The position numbers and the translations under genes were made by a program. DNA of 64,000 nt from Candidatus Babeliales bacterium (GTDB lineage Bacteria > Babelota > Babeliae > Babelales > JANWKD01): contig CAVXJH010000005.1 in NCBI GenBank assembly GCA_963762115.1, forward strand, positions 43,968 to 107,967, given 5' to 3'. This document shows positions 18,509 to 29,000 of the stretch, one piece after another. A model generated the notes under the pieces. It was not told the origin of the DNA, ran no database searches, and saw only the letters and a program-made list of their open reading frames with translations. Numbering within the stretch: position 1 is the first letter of the stretch; each line of letters begins with the position of its first letter.

Positions 18509-20575
18509 ATGAAAAAGAAATTAATAGTACTCATAGGTTTTATGAGTATATTTTCAGGATGTTTAGAACAACAAAAAACAAAACATCCAAATTCTATTGA
18601 ATCAATAAACGATATAATCAATTATTTTCCAACAACAAGCGATGAAATTAAACAAATTGCAGCTGATGCACAAACAAAAACACAAAATTTAATTTCAACC
18701 CTACTTACTACACCTCCAGGACAAGAATCATTCGAAACAATTTTTGGTGTTTTTGATAAAGCCATTGCCGCCATGACACGGGCAATTAGTCTCTTTGAAG
18801 TTATTTCCCTGACTAATCCTCATGAATCTTTACGTACTGCAGCGCAAGAAGAAAGTGTGCGATTACAGGGAATTTTTATTGATTTAATAAGTCAAAATAA
18901 AAATCTTTATAACAAATTATCATCATATGCAGATACCAGTGCAAACCATGAAACATTAAGTGATGCTCAAAAATATTTTATTAAAGAAACACTTGAGTCA
19001 TATCAACGAGATGGTATAAATTTACCCGAGGAAAAAAGAGATCAAGTGGCAAAAGTTAAAAAAGAACTTGCCGATCTTACCACCCTTTTTGATAAAAACG
19101 TCAATGATGATGCAAGCACAATTGAAGTTCCCCTTGAAGGATTAAAAGGGCTTAGTGAAGAATTTATAACAAATCTCAAAAAAAACTCTGAAGGATTATA
19201 TATTCTGGGTGTTGACTATCCCACCTATCAACAAGTAATAAAACAAGCTGAAGATCAGCAAACACGAAAAAAAATTCTTGAAGCATTTAATAATCGTGCA
19301 TACCCGGCCAATATAAAAGTATTAGATGCAATTATTGTTAAAAGAAATGAGCTTGCTCAACTTTTAAACTTCCCAAGCTTCTCTCATCTCAATATGGCAA
19401 GCGAGATGGCAAAAACACCTGAAAAAGTTGAATCATTTCTAGAAGAATTATTAGAAAAATCACTCAAGAAAACATCAAAAGAATTTGCTGAATTAACAAA
19501 AGAGTTACCACCTTCTGTAAACTTGAACCCTGATGGCACCATGAATGCATGGGATATTCAATTTGTTGCTACGTGGTATACCAAAAAGAATTATGACCTA
19601 GATCCTTATAAAGTTGCTGAATATTTTCCTATGGAAAAAACCATTGAAGGTCTTTTCAATATTTACCAACAATTTTTTGGTCTTCGCTTTCAAGAACTGC
19701 CCTTAACAGGCCTTTGGGATAAAGAATTAAAACTCCTTGCAGTTTATAAAAACGAAACCTTGCTTGGTTATCTTATTCTTGATTTATACCCTCGTGATAA
19801 CAAACGCGCAGGTGCTTTTAACGCTACTATTATCCCAACGTTACGCACCAAAGATGGCAACATTACCCCTGCACTCAGTCTTGTTGTAGCAAATTTACCA
19901 AAATCAACGGCAACTAAACCATCACTCCTTTTGCGCAGCGATGTAAGCACTTTTTTCCATGAATTTGGGCATGCTCTTCATGCATTACTTGGCGCAACTG
20001 AATTAGAATCACAATCAGGCACCAATGTTAAAACAGATTTTGTTGAGCTACCATCTCAAATGCTCGAAGAATGGTTATTTGATAAAGATATTCTTTCTAA
20101 TCTGAGTAGTCATTATGTAACGGGAGAAAAATTATCACCCGATACTCTTGATAAAATTCTTATTTTAAAAAATCTTTCCAATGGAAAATGGATAACCACA
20201 CAAATACTCTATTCTTTTTTTGCCCTCAAATTATTTGGTCCTGGCACAGAAAAAGATTCACAAAAAATACTGCAAGAATTACAACAAAAACTTGATAAAC
20301 ATATCTTCAGCGGACCCAATGATCATATGCAAGCTGCATTTCACCATTTAACAGGTTATGGAGCACGATATTATAGTTATGTATGGTCAAAAGTATTTGC
20401 GCTTGATATTTTTAATGAAATAAAAAAAGCTGGATTACTTAATCCTGAAATTGGTAAAAAATATAGTGATACTATTTTGAGTAAAGGAGGCAGCAAAGAT
20501 CCTGAACTTTTATTAATTGACTTCTTAGGACGAAAACCAAATTCAGAAGCTTTTTTTAAAGATCTTGGCTTATAA
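18509..20575 (+). CDS. M3-family zinc oligopeptidase (thimet/oligopeptidase A-like), probable lipoprotein, copy 1
   Basis: FFHEFGHALH (HExxH) plus downstream FVELPSQMLEEW. N-terminal MKKKLIVLIGFMSIFSGC is lipobox-like. GAGGAG Shine-Dalgarno upstream. Confidence 0.9.
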   Translation: MKKKLIVLIGFMSIFSGCLEQQKTKHPNSIESINDIINYFPTTSDEIKQIAADAQTKTQNLISTLLTTPPGQESFETIFGVFDKAIAAMTRAISLFEVISLTNPHESLRTAAQEESVRLQGIFIDLISQNKNLYNKLSSYADTSANHETLSDAQKYFIKETLESYQRDGINLPEEKRDQVAKVKKELADLTTLFDKNVNDDASTIEVPLEGLKGLSEEFITNLKKNSEGLYILGVDYPTYQQVIKQAEDQQTRKKILEAFNNRAYPANIKVLDAIIVKRNELAQLLNFPSFSHLNMASEMAKTPEKVESFLEELLEKSLKKTSKEFAELTKELPPSVNLNPDGTMNAWDIQFVATWYTKKNYDLDPYKVAEYFPMEKTIEGLFNIYQQFFGLRFQELPLTGLWDKELKLLAVYKNETLLGYLILDLYPRDNKRAGAFNATIIPTLRTKDGNITPALSLVVANLPKSTATKPSLLLRSDVSTFFHEFGHALHALLGATELESQSGTNVKTDFVELPSQMLEEWLFDKDILSNLSSHYVTGEKLSPDTLDKILILKNLSNGKWITTQILYSFFALKLFGPGTEKDSQKILQELQQKLDKHIFSGPNDHMQAAFHHLTGYGARYYSYVWSKVFALDIFNEIKKAGLLNPEIGKKYSDTILSKGGSKDPELLLIDFLGRKPNSEAFFKDLGL

Positions 20576-20592
20576 TTAATGAAAGAAAAATC

Positions 20593-22662
20593 ATGAAAAA
20601 AAGGCTCATAGTAATAGTATCTTTAATTATCATTTTTCCCTGTTGTTTAGAAATAGAATCTTCTAAAGCATTACCTGATGTGGTTAAATCGGTTCATGAT
20701 GTTGTTGCCTATTTTCCAACAACGAGTCAAGAAATAAGAAACATATCAAATACCACCCAAAAAGAAGTTGAAGAATTAATTTCCACTATAATCAACACTA
20801 CCCCAAAAGAATATTCATTTAAAACAACTTTTGGTGTTTTAGATAAAGCTTTCGCTCTTATGTCGCGCACAATCAGTCTTTTTGAAATTATTTTTAAACT
20901 TAATCCTGATGAAGTTTTACGCAAAATTGCCGAAGATGAAGCCGTGCGATTACAACAACTATTTGTTGATTTAATAGGCCAAAATAAAAATCTTTATAAC
21001 ACCTTATCGGCATATGCAAATACAACATCAAAAAATGAAGATCTAACTGATTCACAAAAATATTTCATCAAAGAAACCCTTGAAGCATATAGACGTGAGG
21101 GATTAGATTTACCTGACGAAAAGCAGGATTTAGTTAAAAAAATAAAAAAGGAACTTGCAGATCTCTCGTCACTTTTTGATAAAAATATTAATGATGACAT
21201 AAGAACAATTAAAGTTTCTCGCGAAGCACTCAAAGGCATTGATGAAGATTTTATTAACGAACTAAAAAAAACGTCTGAAGGTCTCTATATATTAAATATT
21301 GATGAGCCGACTTATTATATCATAATGAAACAAGGTGAAGATGCTCAAACTCGAAAGAAGCTCTTTGAAGCAGTTTTAAGTCTTGCATTTCCTGCAAATA
21401 TGCACGTTTTAGAAGAGATTATTGCCAAGAGAAATGAACTTGCTCAACTCTTGCATTTTCCAAGCTTTGCTCATTTAGATATCGCGGGCCAAATGGCAAA
21501 AACACCAGAAACCGTTGAAGCATTTTTAAAAGGATTGTTAGAAAAATCAGCAAAAAAAGCTTCTTTAGAATTTGCTGATTTAACAAAGGAATTACCACCC
21601 TCAGTAGTGTTAACCCCTGAAGGCAAATTACAACCGTGGGATCGCCAATTTCTAGATAATTGGTATATCAAAAAGCATTATGATATTGATCCCTTTAAAA
21701 TTGCTGAATATTTTCCCATGGAAAAAACTATTGAAGGGCTTTTTGATATCTACCAACAATTTTTTGATCTTCATTTTGAACAAGTTCCACTCACAGGCTT
21801 ATGGGATAAAGAATTGAAACTTCTTGAAGTATATAAAGATACTCTATTCTTAGGTTATATTATTCTGGATTTACATCCTCGCGATAATAAACGAAAAAAT
21901 GCTTTTAATACAACATTAATTCCAGCATTGCGAACGCATGATCGGAAGATCAATCCTGCACTTACTCTCGTTAATGCAAATTTTCCTAAAGCTACTGCTA
22001 CAAAACCTTCATTGTTATTACGAATAGATGTAAGTACCTTTTTTCATGAGTTTGGTCATGCTTTGCACGCCTTACTTGGTGCAACAGAATTAGAATCGCA
22101 ATCAGGCACCAATGTTAAAACAGATTTTGTTGAGTTACCCTCGCAAATGCTAGAAGAATGGTTGTTTGATAAAGATATTCTACATAATTTAAGTAGTCAT
22201 TATAAAACGGACGAAAAATTATCGACTGATGTCATTAATACAATAATTTCTTTAAAAAAACTTAATTCTGGCAAATCAACCATTGATCAACTCATTTATT
22301 CATATCTTGCTCTCCGTTATTTTGGTTCTGAAAAACAAAAAGACACGCAAGACATTCTCAAAAATTTACAAGAAACAATTGATGTTCACACACAATATGA
22401 TCCCAATGATCATTTCCAAACTTCGTTCAATCACTTAACCGGCTATGGTGCAAAATATTACAGTTATTTATGGTCACAAGTATTTGCGCTTGATCTCTTT
22501 AATGAAATTAAAAAACAGGGCTTACTCAACCCTATCATTGGCAAAAAATATAGTGATACTATTTTGAGTAAAGGAGGCAGCAAAGATCCTGAACTGCTCT
22601 TAATTGACTTCTTGGGAAGAAAACCAAACTCTGATGCATTCTTTAAAGATCTTGGCTTATAG
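20593..22662 (+). CDS. M3-family zinc oligopeptidase, copy 2
   Basis: Colinear paralog of copy 1 with an identical active-site block. N-terminal MKKRLIVIVSLIIIFPCC. Confidence 0.9.
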   Translation: MKKRLIVIVSLIIIFPCCLEIESSKALPDVVKSVHDVVAYFPTTSQEIRNISNTTQKEVEELISTIINTTPKEYSFKTTFGVLDKAFALMSRTISLFEIIFKLNPDEVLRKIAEDEAVRLQQLFVDLIGQNKNLYNTLSAYANTTSKNEDLTDSQKYFIKETLEAYRREGLDLPDEKQDLVKKIKKELADLSSLFDKNINDDIRTIKVSREALKGIDEDFINELKKTSEGLYILNIDEPTYYIIMKQGEDAQTRKKLFEAVLSLAFPANMHVLEEIIAKRNELAQLLHFPSFAHLDIAGQMAKTPETVEAFLKGLLEKSAKKASLEFADLTKELPPSVVLTPEGKLQPWDRQFLDNWYIKKHYDIDPFKIAEYFPMEKTIEGLFDIYQQFFDLHFEQVPLTGLWDKELKLLEVYKDTLFLGYIILDLHPRDNKRKNAFNTTLIPALRTHDRKINPALTLVNANFPKATATKPSLLLRIDVSTFFHEFGHALHALLGATELESQSGTNVKTDFVELPSQMLEEWLFDKDILHNLSSHYKTDEKLSTDVINTIISLKKLNSGKSTIDQLIYSYLALRYFGSEKQKDTQDILKNLQETIDVHTQYDPNDHFQTSFNHLTGYGAKYYSYLWSQVFALDLFNEIKKQGLLNPIIGKKYSDTILSKGGSKDPELLLIDFLGRKPNSDAFFKDLGL

Positions 22663-22684
22663 TAGATGAAAACGTAGACTAATA

Positions 22685-24772
22685 ATGAAAGAAAAAATCA
22701 TGAAAACTACCATGAAAGTCCTTACAATTATGTCACTAATTACCCTCAATGCACACTCAAAAAATACTGGTTATCCCCTTGAAATGCCGTTGATTCAATC
22801 AACAGCAGATGTTGTCGCTCTATTTCCCAAAACACCTGATGAAATCAAACAACTATCAGAAAATACTCTGGCAAAGGTACAACAACAGATTCAAATGCTT
22901 ATAGCATTACCCCTACAAGAATTAACCTATGATAACACTTTGCGCGCTCTTGATAGGGCAATGGATACTTTTTCCCGCACCACACAAGCCCTAGAGATCA
23001 TACTACTACTCAGCCCATTCGAACAGCTTCGCACGGCAGCGCAAGAAGAAATCATGAAACTACAATCAGCATCTGTTGATTTATTTAATCAAAATAAAGC
23101 GTTATATCATATTGTTGCCCACCATGCACAAACACGCGCCATTACTGAAAAATTATCGCCAGAAGAACGATACTTTGAGCAAGAAACATTAAAAGAATTT
23201 ATGCGTAATGGCCTTGATCAACCAGATGATAAACGTGCAATAACAAGTAAATTACAAAAAGAATTAGCCAACCTCTGTACCACTTTTGATAAAAACATTA
23301 ATGACGACACAACAACTATCACCGTTTCTCCAGAAGAATTAGATGGCATTGAACAAGATTTTATCAATAATCTCAAAAAAACTGCCGATGGGAATATAAT
23401 TCTTGGTGTCGATTATCCCACTTACTATAAGATTATAGAACAATGCCATAATCAAGAAACTCGTAAAAAGCTCTATCACGCATTCTCCAATCGTGCTTAT
23501 CCAGCCAATATTGAAATTTTAGAAAAAATAATTGCTACTCGAGACAAACTAGCACAACAATTGAACATGAAAAGTTATGCCCACCTTAACATAGCAAGTG
23601 AAATGGCAAAATCACCCGATACCGTTGAAGAGTTTCTTCTTGATTTATGGCAAAAAGCGACACAAAAAGAAATGTTAGAAGTTGAGCAACTTAAAGAGGA
23701 ATTGCCATCTTCTGTCGAACTTTCTCCTGAAGGGAAAATACAACCCTGGGATAGATTATACCTTGCTGAGATGTATAAAAAAAGAAACTACAACATTGAT
23801 GAATATGCTATTGCTGAATATTTCCCCATGGAAAAAACCGTTGAAGGACTACTCAAAATTTATGAAACGTTTTTTAGTATTACTTTTAAACAAGTTTCAC
23901 TATCAGGGCTATGGCATGAAGACGTAAGAACTCTGGAAGTGTATCGCGATAAAACTTTATTAGGATATATCCTACTTGACCTTCATCCACGAGATTTTAA
24001 ATATGGTCATGCTTGTGAAATCACCGTTGTTCCTGCATTACTTTCAGAACAAAATGAAATCAAGCCTGCTGTCGTCGTTGTTGTTGCAAATTTCCCCAAA
24101 GCATCTGCTCATAAACCCTCGCTCTTATCACGATCAGATGTAGGAACATTTTTTCATGAATTTGGCCATGCTTTGCATTCTATTTTAGGCGCAACTCGAT
24201 TAGCATCACAGTCTGGCACCAACACAAAACATGATTTTGTAGAAATGCCTTCTCAAATGCTCGAAGAATGGTTATTGGATAAAGATATTTTACGTAACTT
24301 AAGCTCTCATTATCAAACAGATGAAAAATTATCACCTGACATCATTGAAACATTGCTACAATTGAAAAATTTTAGTTCAGGCACATGGGTTTCTCGACAA
24401 ATATTTATATCGCTTTTGGCTCTTGAATATTTCAAAGCAGGCGCACAAAAAGATACGCAAGCAATCATGAAGCAACTACATGAAAAAACACGGTTATACG
24501 ATCAATATGATCCAAACAATCATTTCCAAGCATCATTTGGCCATTTAACCGGTTATGCAGCTCGTTATTATGGTTATTTGTGGTCAAAAGTATTCGCTCT
24601 TGATCTTTTTGACACCATAAAACAACATGGTTTGCTCGATCCAAAAATTGGCGCTCATTATGCGCAAAGTGTTCTGAGTAAAGGTGGCAGTAAAGATCCT
24701 AATGAATTGTTGTTTGATTTCTTAGGAAGAAATCCTAATAATGAGGCATTTTTACGCGATTTAGGATTATAA
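22685..24772 (+). CDS. M3-family zinc oligopeptidase, copy 3
   Basis: More divergent paralog, FFHEFGHALHSILG. Signal-like TMKVLTIMSLITLNAHS with no Cys. Confidence 0.9.
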   Translation: MKEKIMKTTMKVLTIMSLITLNAHSKNTGYPLEMPLIQSTADVVALFPKTPDEIKQLSENTLAKVQQQIQMLIALPLQELTYDNTLRALDRAMDTFSRTTQALEIILLLSPFEQLRTAAQEEIMKLQSASVDLFNQNKALYHIVAHHAQTRAITEKLSPEERYFEQETLKEFMRNGLDQPDDKRAITSKLQKELANLCTTFDKNINDDTTTITVSPEELDGIEQDFINNLKKTADGNIILGVDYPTYYKIIEQCHNQETRKKLYHAFSNRAYPANIEILEKIIATRDKLAQQLNMKSYAHLNIASEMAKSPDTVEEFLLDLWQKATQKEMLEVEQLKEELPSSVELSPEGKIQPWDRLYLAEMYKKRNYNIDEYAIAEYFPMEKTVEGLLKIYETFFSITFKQVSLSGLWHEDVRTLEVYRDKTLLGYILLDLHPRDFKYGHACEITVVPALLSEQNEIKPAVVVVVANFPKASAHKPSLLSRSDVGTFFHEFGHALHSILGATRLASQSGTNTKHDFVEMPSQMLEEWLLDKDILRNLSSHYQTDEKLSPDIIETLLQLKNFSSGTWVSRQIFISLLALEYFKAGAQKDTQAIMKQLHEKTRLYDQYDPNNHFQASFGHLTGYAARYYGYLWSKVFALDLFDTIKQHGLLDPKIGAHYAQSVLSKGGSKDPNELLFDFLGRNPNNEAFLRDLGL

Positions 24773-24791
24773 AAAAAGAATATAAAAGCAG

Positions 24792-24827
24792 TAGAAGATG
24801 CCAACGAACAAGCGTTGGCATCTTCTA
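24792..24827 (+). terminator. rho-independent terminator after M3 copy 3
   Basis: TAGAAGATGCCAACG-aacaag-CGTTGGCATCTTCTA followed by TTTT. It also lies downstream of the convergent gene 24847..25212. Confidence 0.75.
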
Positions 24828-24846
24828 TTTTGAAGGGAGAAATTAT

Positions 24847-25212
24847 CTACCATTGTTCTTCTTGAATAACATCATACAATTCTGGATCTTCATCTTCATT
24901 GTAATAGTAGCCACCATCATACAATTCATCAGCCGCAAGACCCAAACCTAAACCAAGGCCTAATCCAGCACCATAACCATAACCATAGCCACGGCCGCCT
25001 CTTCTTCCATAGTAATTTCGATTACCAAAGTTTCGACCACCACCGCGATTCATACCGCCACTACGCATGCCACCACCACGCATACCGCCACCTCGGCTCA
25101 TACCACCACCACGCATACCGCCTCCGCCGCCACCACGACTTTCAAGCGAAGAAACAACACCCACCATCATTATTAAAAACACAAAAATCGCCTTCAAATA
25201 CCTATTATTCAT
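24847..25212 (-). CDS. secreted Gly/Arg-repeat (RGG-like) protein, short paralog-like form
   Basis: Signal-like MNNRYLKAIFVFLIMMVGVVSSLES, then RGGGGGGMRGGGMSRGGGMRGGGMRSGGMNRGGG, then GYGYGYGAGLGLGLGLGL and an acidic Tyr-rich tail. Confidence 0.65.
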   Translation of the reverse strand: MNNRYLKAIFVFLIMMVGVVSSLESRGGGGGGMRGGGMSRGGGMRGGGMRSGGMNRGGGRNFGNRNYYGRRGGRGYGYGYGAGLGLGLGLGLAADELYDGGYYYNEDEDPELYDVIQEEQW

Positions 25213-25487
25213 ACAAAACCTTTCTTTTTTATCGAATACAATAACATGCTATTTTGTTATCATGCTGTATCACACACTACGCATTATATAAATAATACAA
25301 TTTGAAAGCATAATAAATCAATAATTTTGTATTATTTTCTTTTTTTTGTTTTTGTAGCGCAAAAAAGACTCATGTTACTCACTGAATAAAATAAACTAAA
25401 ATTTTTCTAGCAACAGAGAGAAATGTGAGTTAGGATAAGCATTATACGAAGCTAAAATTCACAAAAATTTCATTTTGATTAACTAAT

Positions 25488-26096
25488 ATGCTAAAAAACT
25501 GCGGTATTATATTACGTAATTATTATCCTTATAAACAAAAAATTAGTCTTTTTGATAAGGAACACGGTCGCATTGAAGCGTGCATTAATAACACGCGTTT
25601 CAATAATGCCAATCAACTCAATAATGGCACGATACTCCGTTATCAAATAACCTTATACCCATCACCTTGCAAAATAAATGATTTAGAAATACTTTCTATC
25701 CCCTTTGCATTAGCAAAACATGACCTGGTATTTTTTCATCACATATTAGAACTCAGTTACTATTTTTTACCCCTTGGTGCCTCAGCGCCAGAGACTTTTG
25801 ATCTTATTATGTATTTATTTAACACAGCATCACTTAGCTTTAATAAACAACTTATTCTCTTTCGTTTTTTTATTTCTCTTGGCATGTACCCTGAACATAT
25901 TCCCTTTGAAAAAAGTTATTTTATTTATTTAGCTTCACAAAAATTAGATATATTCTTTAAAGAAAAACTTGACGAAATACATCACAAAGTGCTTGAATCG
26001 TGGTTATTACAGTGCATTGCAATGCACCCCAATAAAAATCAATTTAAAACAATTTCACATGAAAAAAATGTAATGGTGTCCAATGAAAAAATATAA
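25488..26096 (+). CDS. recO: DNA repair protein RecO-like
   Basis: The size and pattern fit an N-terminal OB-fold-like segment (GIILRNYYPYKQKISLFDKEHGRIEA) followed by a helical region (FFHHILELSYYFLP...LFRFFISLGMYP). The similarity is weak and judged by eye only. Confidence 0.45.
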   Translation: MLKNCGIILRNYYPYKQKISLFDKEHGRIEACINNTRFNNANQLNNGTILRYQITLYPSPCKINDLEILSIPFALAKHDLVFFHHILELSYYFLPLGASAPETFDLIMYLFNTASLSFNKQLILFRFFISLGMYPEHIPFEKSYFIYLASQKLDIFFKEKLDEIHHKVLESWLLQCIAMHPNKNQFKTISHEKNVMVSNEKI

Positions 26097-29000
26097 TCAA
26101 CTCGTTTTGGCAATACTTATACTCATGCAAGCTACACATTTGCAAGGCAGTCTTTTTGATTATTTTAAACTTGCTGTAAAAAAAAATGGGCCCACACAAG
26201 CAAAAACACGCTTCCCGCTCGGTATTACTGAAAAAAAAGAGCAGCTTCAACACTTACAAAATGATTTAACGGAACTACAAAACAATCAAAAAGATTTTTC
26301 AGAAAAGACTCAAATTAATCTTGATCAAACAACAGCACAAATTAATGAGATAAAACAACTTATTAAAGATTCCCCAGCTTCAGAAGCTGGATTTTTAAAT
26401 AGAATAATATCAATTCTCAATGAGACATATCAAACACTCTTTACTCTACAATTTTCCTCAAAAGAATTATTAAAAATTATTGAACAACATATCACCTTAC
26501 TAGAAGACTTTTTAAAAGATCCAGAATTCAAATCATTAGATCTAAAATTACATTCTTTTTATACCTTCGAAGAACTGCAAGAACTTTCAAGAAGAATTGT
26601 CGCACAAGAAGACAAGGTTAAACGCCTCATTGAACAAAAAAATGAAGCGCTCGTTGATCTTGATAACCGTAAGCGTAAAATAAACATACTCAATAAAGAA
26701 TATCAAGAACGCAAAAAAAGACAGGAAGAATTCAGTTCAAAATCTACAGTGCCCATTGCATCAAATGAAAACCCAGAACTTGATTTTAGACAAGAAGGAA
26801 AATTATTAGATGTTGAAGAAACATTTTATCGTTTTGAAAAGCAATTAGCAGAACTAAAGGTACAAGAAGCAACACGCAAAATAGCTTTTTTTGACACTTC
26901 CATTGCTCTTGAATCAGAAAAATTAAAATTATTAAAAGCACACTTTGCACGTGTTAAAGAGTCTTTGAGAATTGAACCAAAAGATATAAAAGTTGCAAAA
27001 GAAAAATTAGAATTACAAAAAAAAGAGTCATTGAATTTACGTGATGGCTTTTATGATGCTATAAAAAAAGTAACAATTTATCGCGATGGCATCATTAAAG
27101 AAATAGAAGCATTAAAAAAAAATTATACAAAAATCGATAGCAACACTTTAGGATTAACAGATTGGAGCGTGATTCCAAAAACTATTGATGCTTATACAGC
27201 ACTTGCTGAACTTGGCTTAAAAAGCTCACAAATCACGTTACTTGAAAATAAGATTGAAACATTAAAAGCAAATATTGAAAATGAAAAAATAGCTTTTAAA
27301 CGCAAAGAAATTGAAGTCGACATTCTCACTTCTTGGTATAAAATAACGCGTCGTCAATTTAAAACTACTGATGAAATCGATCAAGAACTAAAACGCTATC
27401 AAGCATTAGTCACTGAATTATCTCGCGATGAAGCTGCAGCAAGAGAAAAAACAGCAACAATACAAAATGCTCTGGCGGCACAAAATAAAGCCCTCAGTAA
27501 TATTAAACTTATTATTGCTGATCTAAAAACACAAAGAACTAAACTTTTCCGCGGCAATCTTCCTATTTATAACGCAAGTATTGCTCGATTTACCTTGGCA
27601 GAAAAAACATTAGAAGAACAAATAGAAGAAAGTAACCGACTCTTAAAAATTTATACGGCAAATTTAACAACAATCCGCAGCACCAGCCAAGAGTTGGTGA
27701 GCATTATTTCTACGCTTGAAAGCAAAAGTATTTGGCAACGATCTGAGTATGCTATTTCATGGAAAGGTATAAAAAATATTGGTAATGATTTTTCATTATT
27801 CTTCAAAGATATTGCTACCCTTGGCTCATTGTATATAGCAAATTTTGACGCTCAACATGTAACCAAAATCACCGCACATTTTGGTCATCATCTCATCGAT
27901 CTCTTTTTATTGATTCTCAAGATTTTGGCACTCATTTTTATCTATTTTATGGGAAAAAAATATCTGCCTCAAGCAAGCAATTATTTCATGCGTTTCACTC
28001 CAACAAAACGATGGTTATTACTTGCATCGCGAACAATAGGGGTCATTCTCAGCTTTATTAATGATTATTTCTTATCAATTTTTTGCTGGTTTGCTTTATT
28101 CACGCTCATTTATTTTGATGTAATCATTGACCTATTCTTGCAAGTAATGTTTTATTTGCTTTCTATTATTTATTTTATCTATCTTATCAATCGCTTTATT
28201 GCCTATATCATTGCTTTTAACAAAGAACACAACTCATTATTATTTGGACAACAATTCCAAAAAAGATTCTCTTTTGTATTTTCATGGTTTGGCTATTTAA
28301 CCGTTATATTACTTTTCTTTCGAGAAGCATTTATTTTGGCAACATACCATGCATCTGAATTCCCAACGATTTTATTAGCAACCTATTCAATTATTATCAG
28401 AACACTCATTATATTTTCAATTGGCAAAGATGAAATCATCAGTTTTATACCTTCGCGAGGAGCTGTTTGGCAAGCAGTTGCAGACTTCATTAATCGTTAT
28501 TATTACCCGCTGTTAATTTTTATTATTATTCTCATGATAATCAGTGATTCCTATGTCGGCGGTTATGGCAACCTTGTTTCCTATGTTGTGTGGGGCGTTA
28601 TTGGCACCATGATCCTCATAAAACTCTTATTAGTTGGCCAAGATCACTTAAAAAAGAAAGCTTCAAAACTATTTTTTGCAACCGATGAAGAAACAATAAA
28701 AGAACGTTTTGTCTATGCAAAAACATGGTATGGTCTTTTTGTTGTTGGCTTATTTGTTGTTTTTAGCATTATTGGTCTTATTCTTAGTTTGCGTATTTGG
28801 GGAAAATCAACCTCATGGCAAGAGATTAGTTATATTCTTAACTATCCACTTTACCCATCAAGCTTTGATGTCGTAACCGGACAACATATCTGGCTTACCC
28901 CCATGACAATTTTATCTCTTCTTGGTTTTATTTGCGCTGGTTTTATTCTTGCATTTACTATAAATCGATTCGTTTTAATTCGTATTTTCCAACTTCTCCC

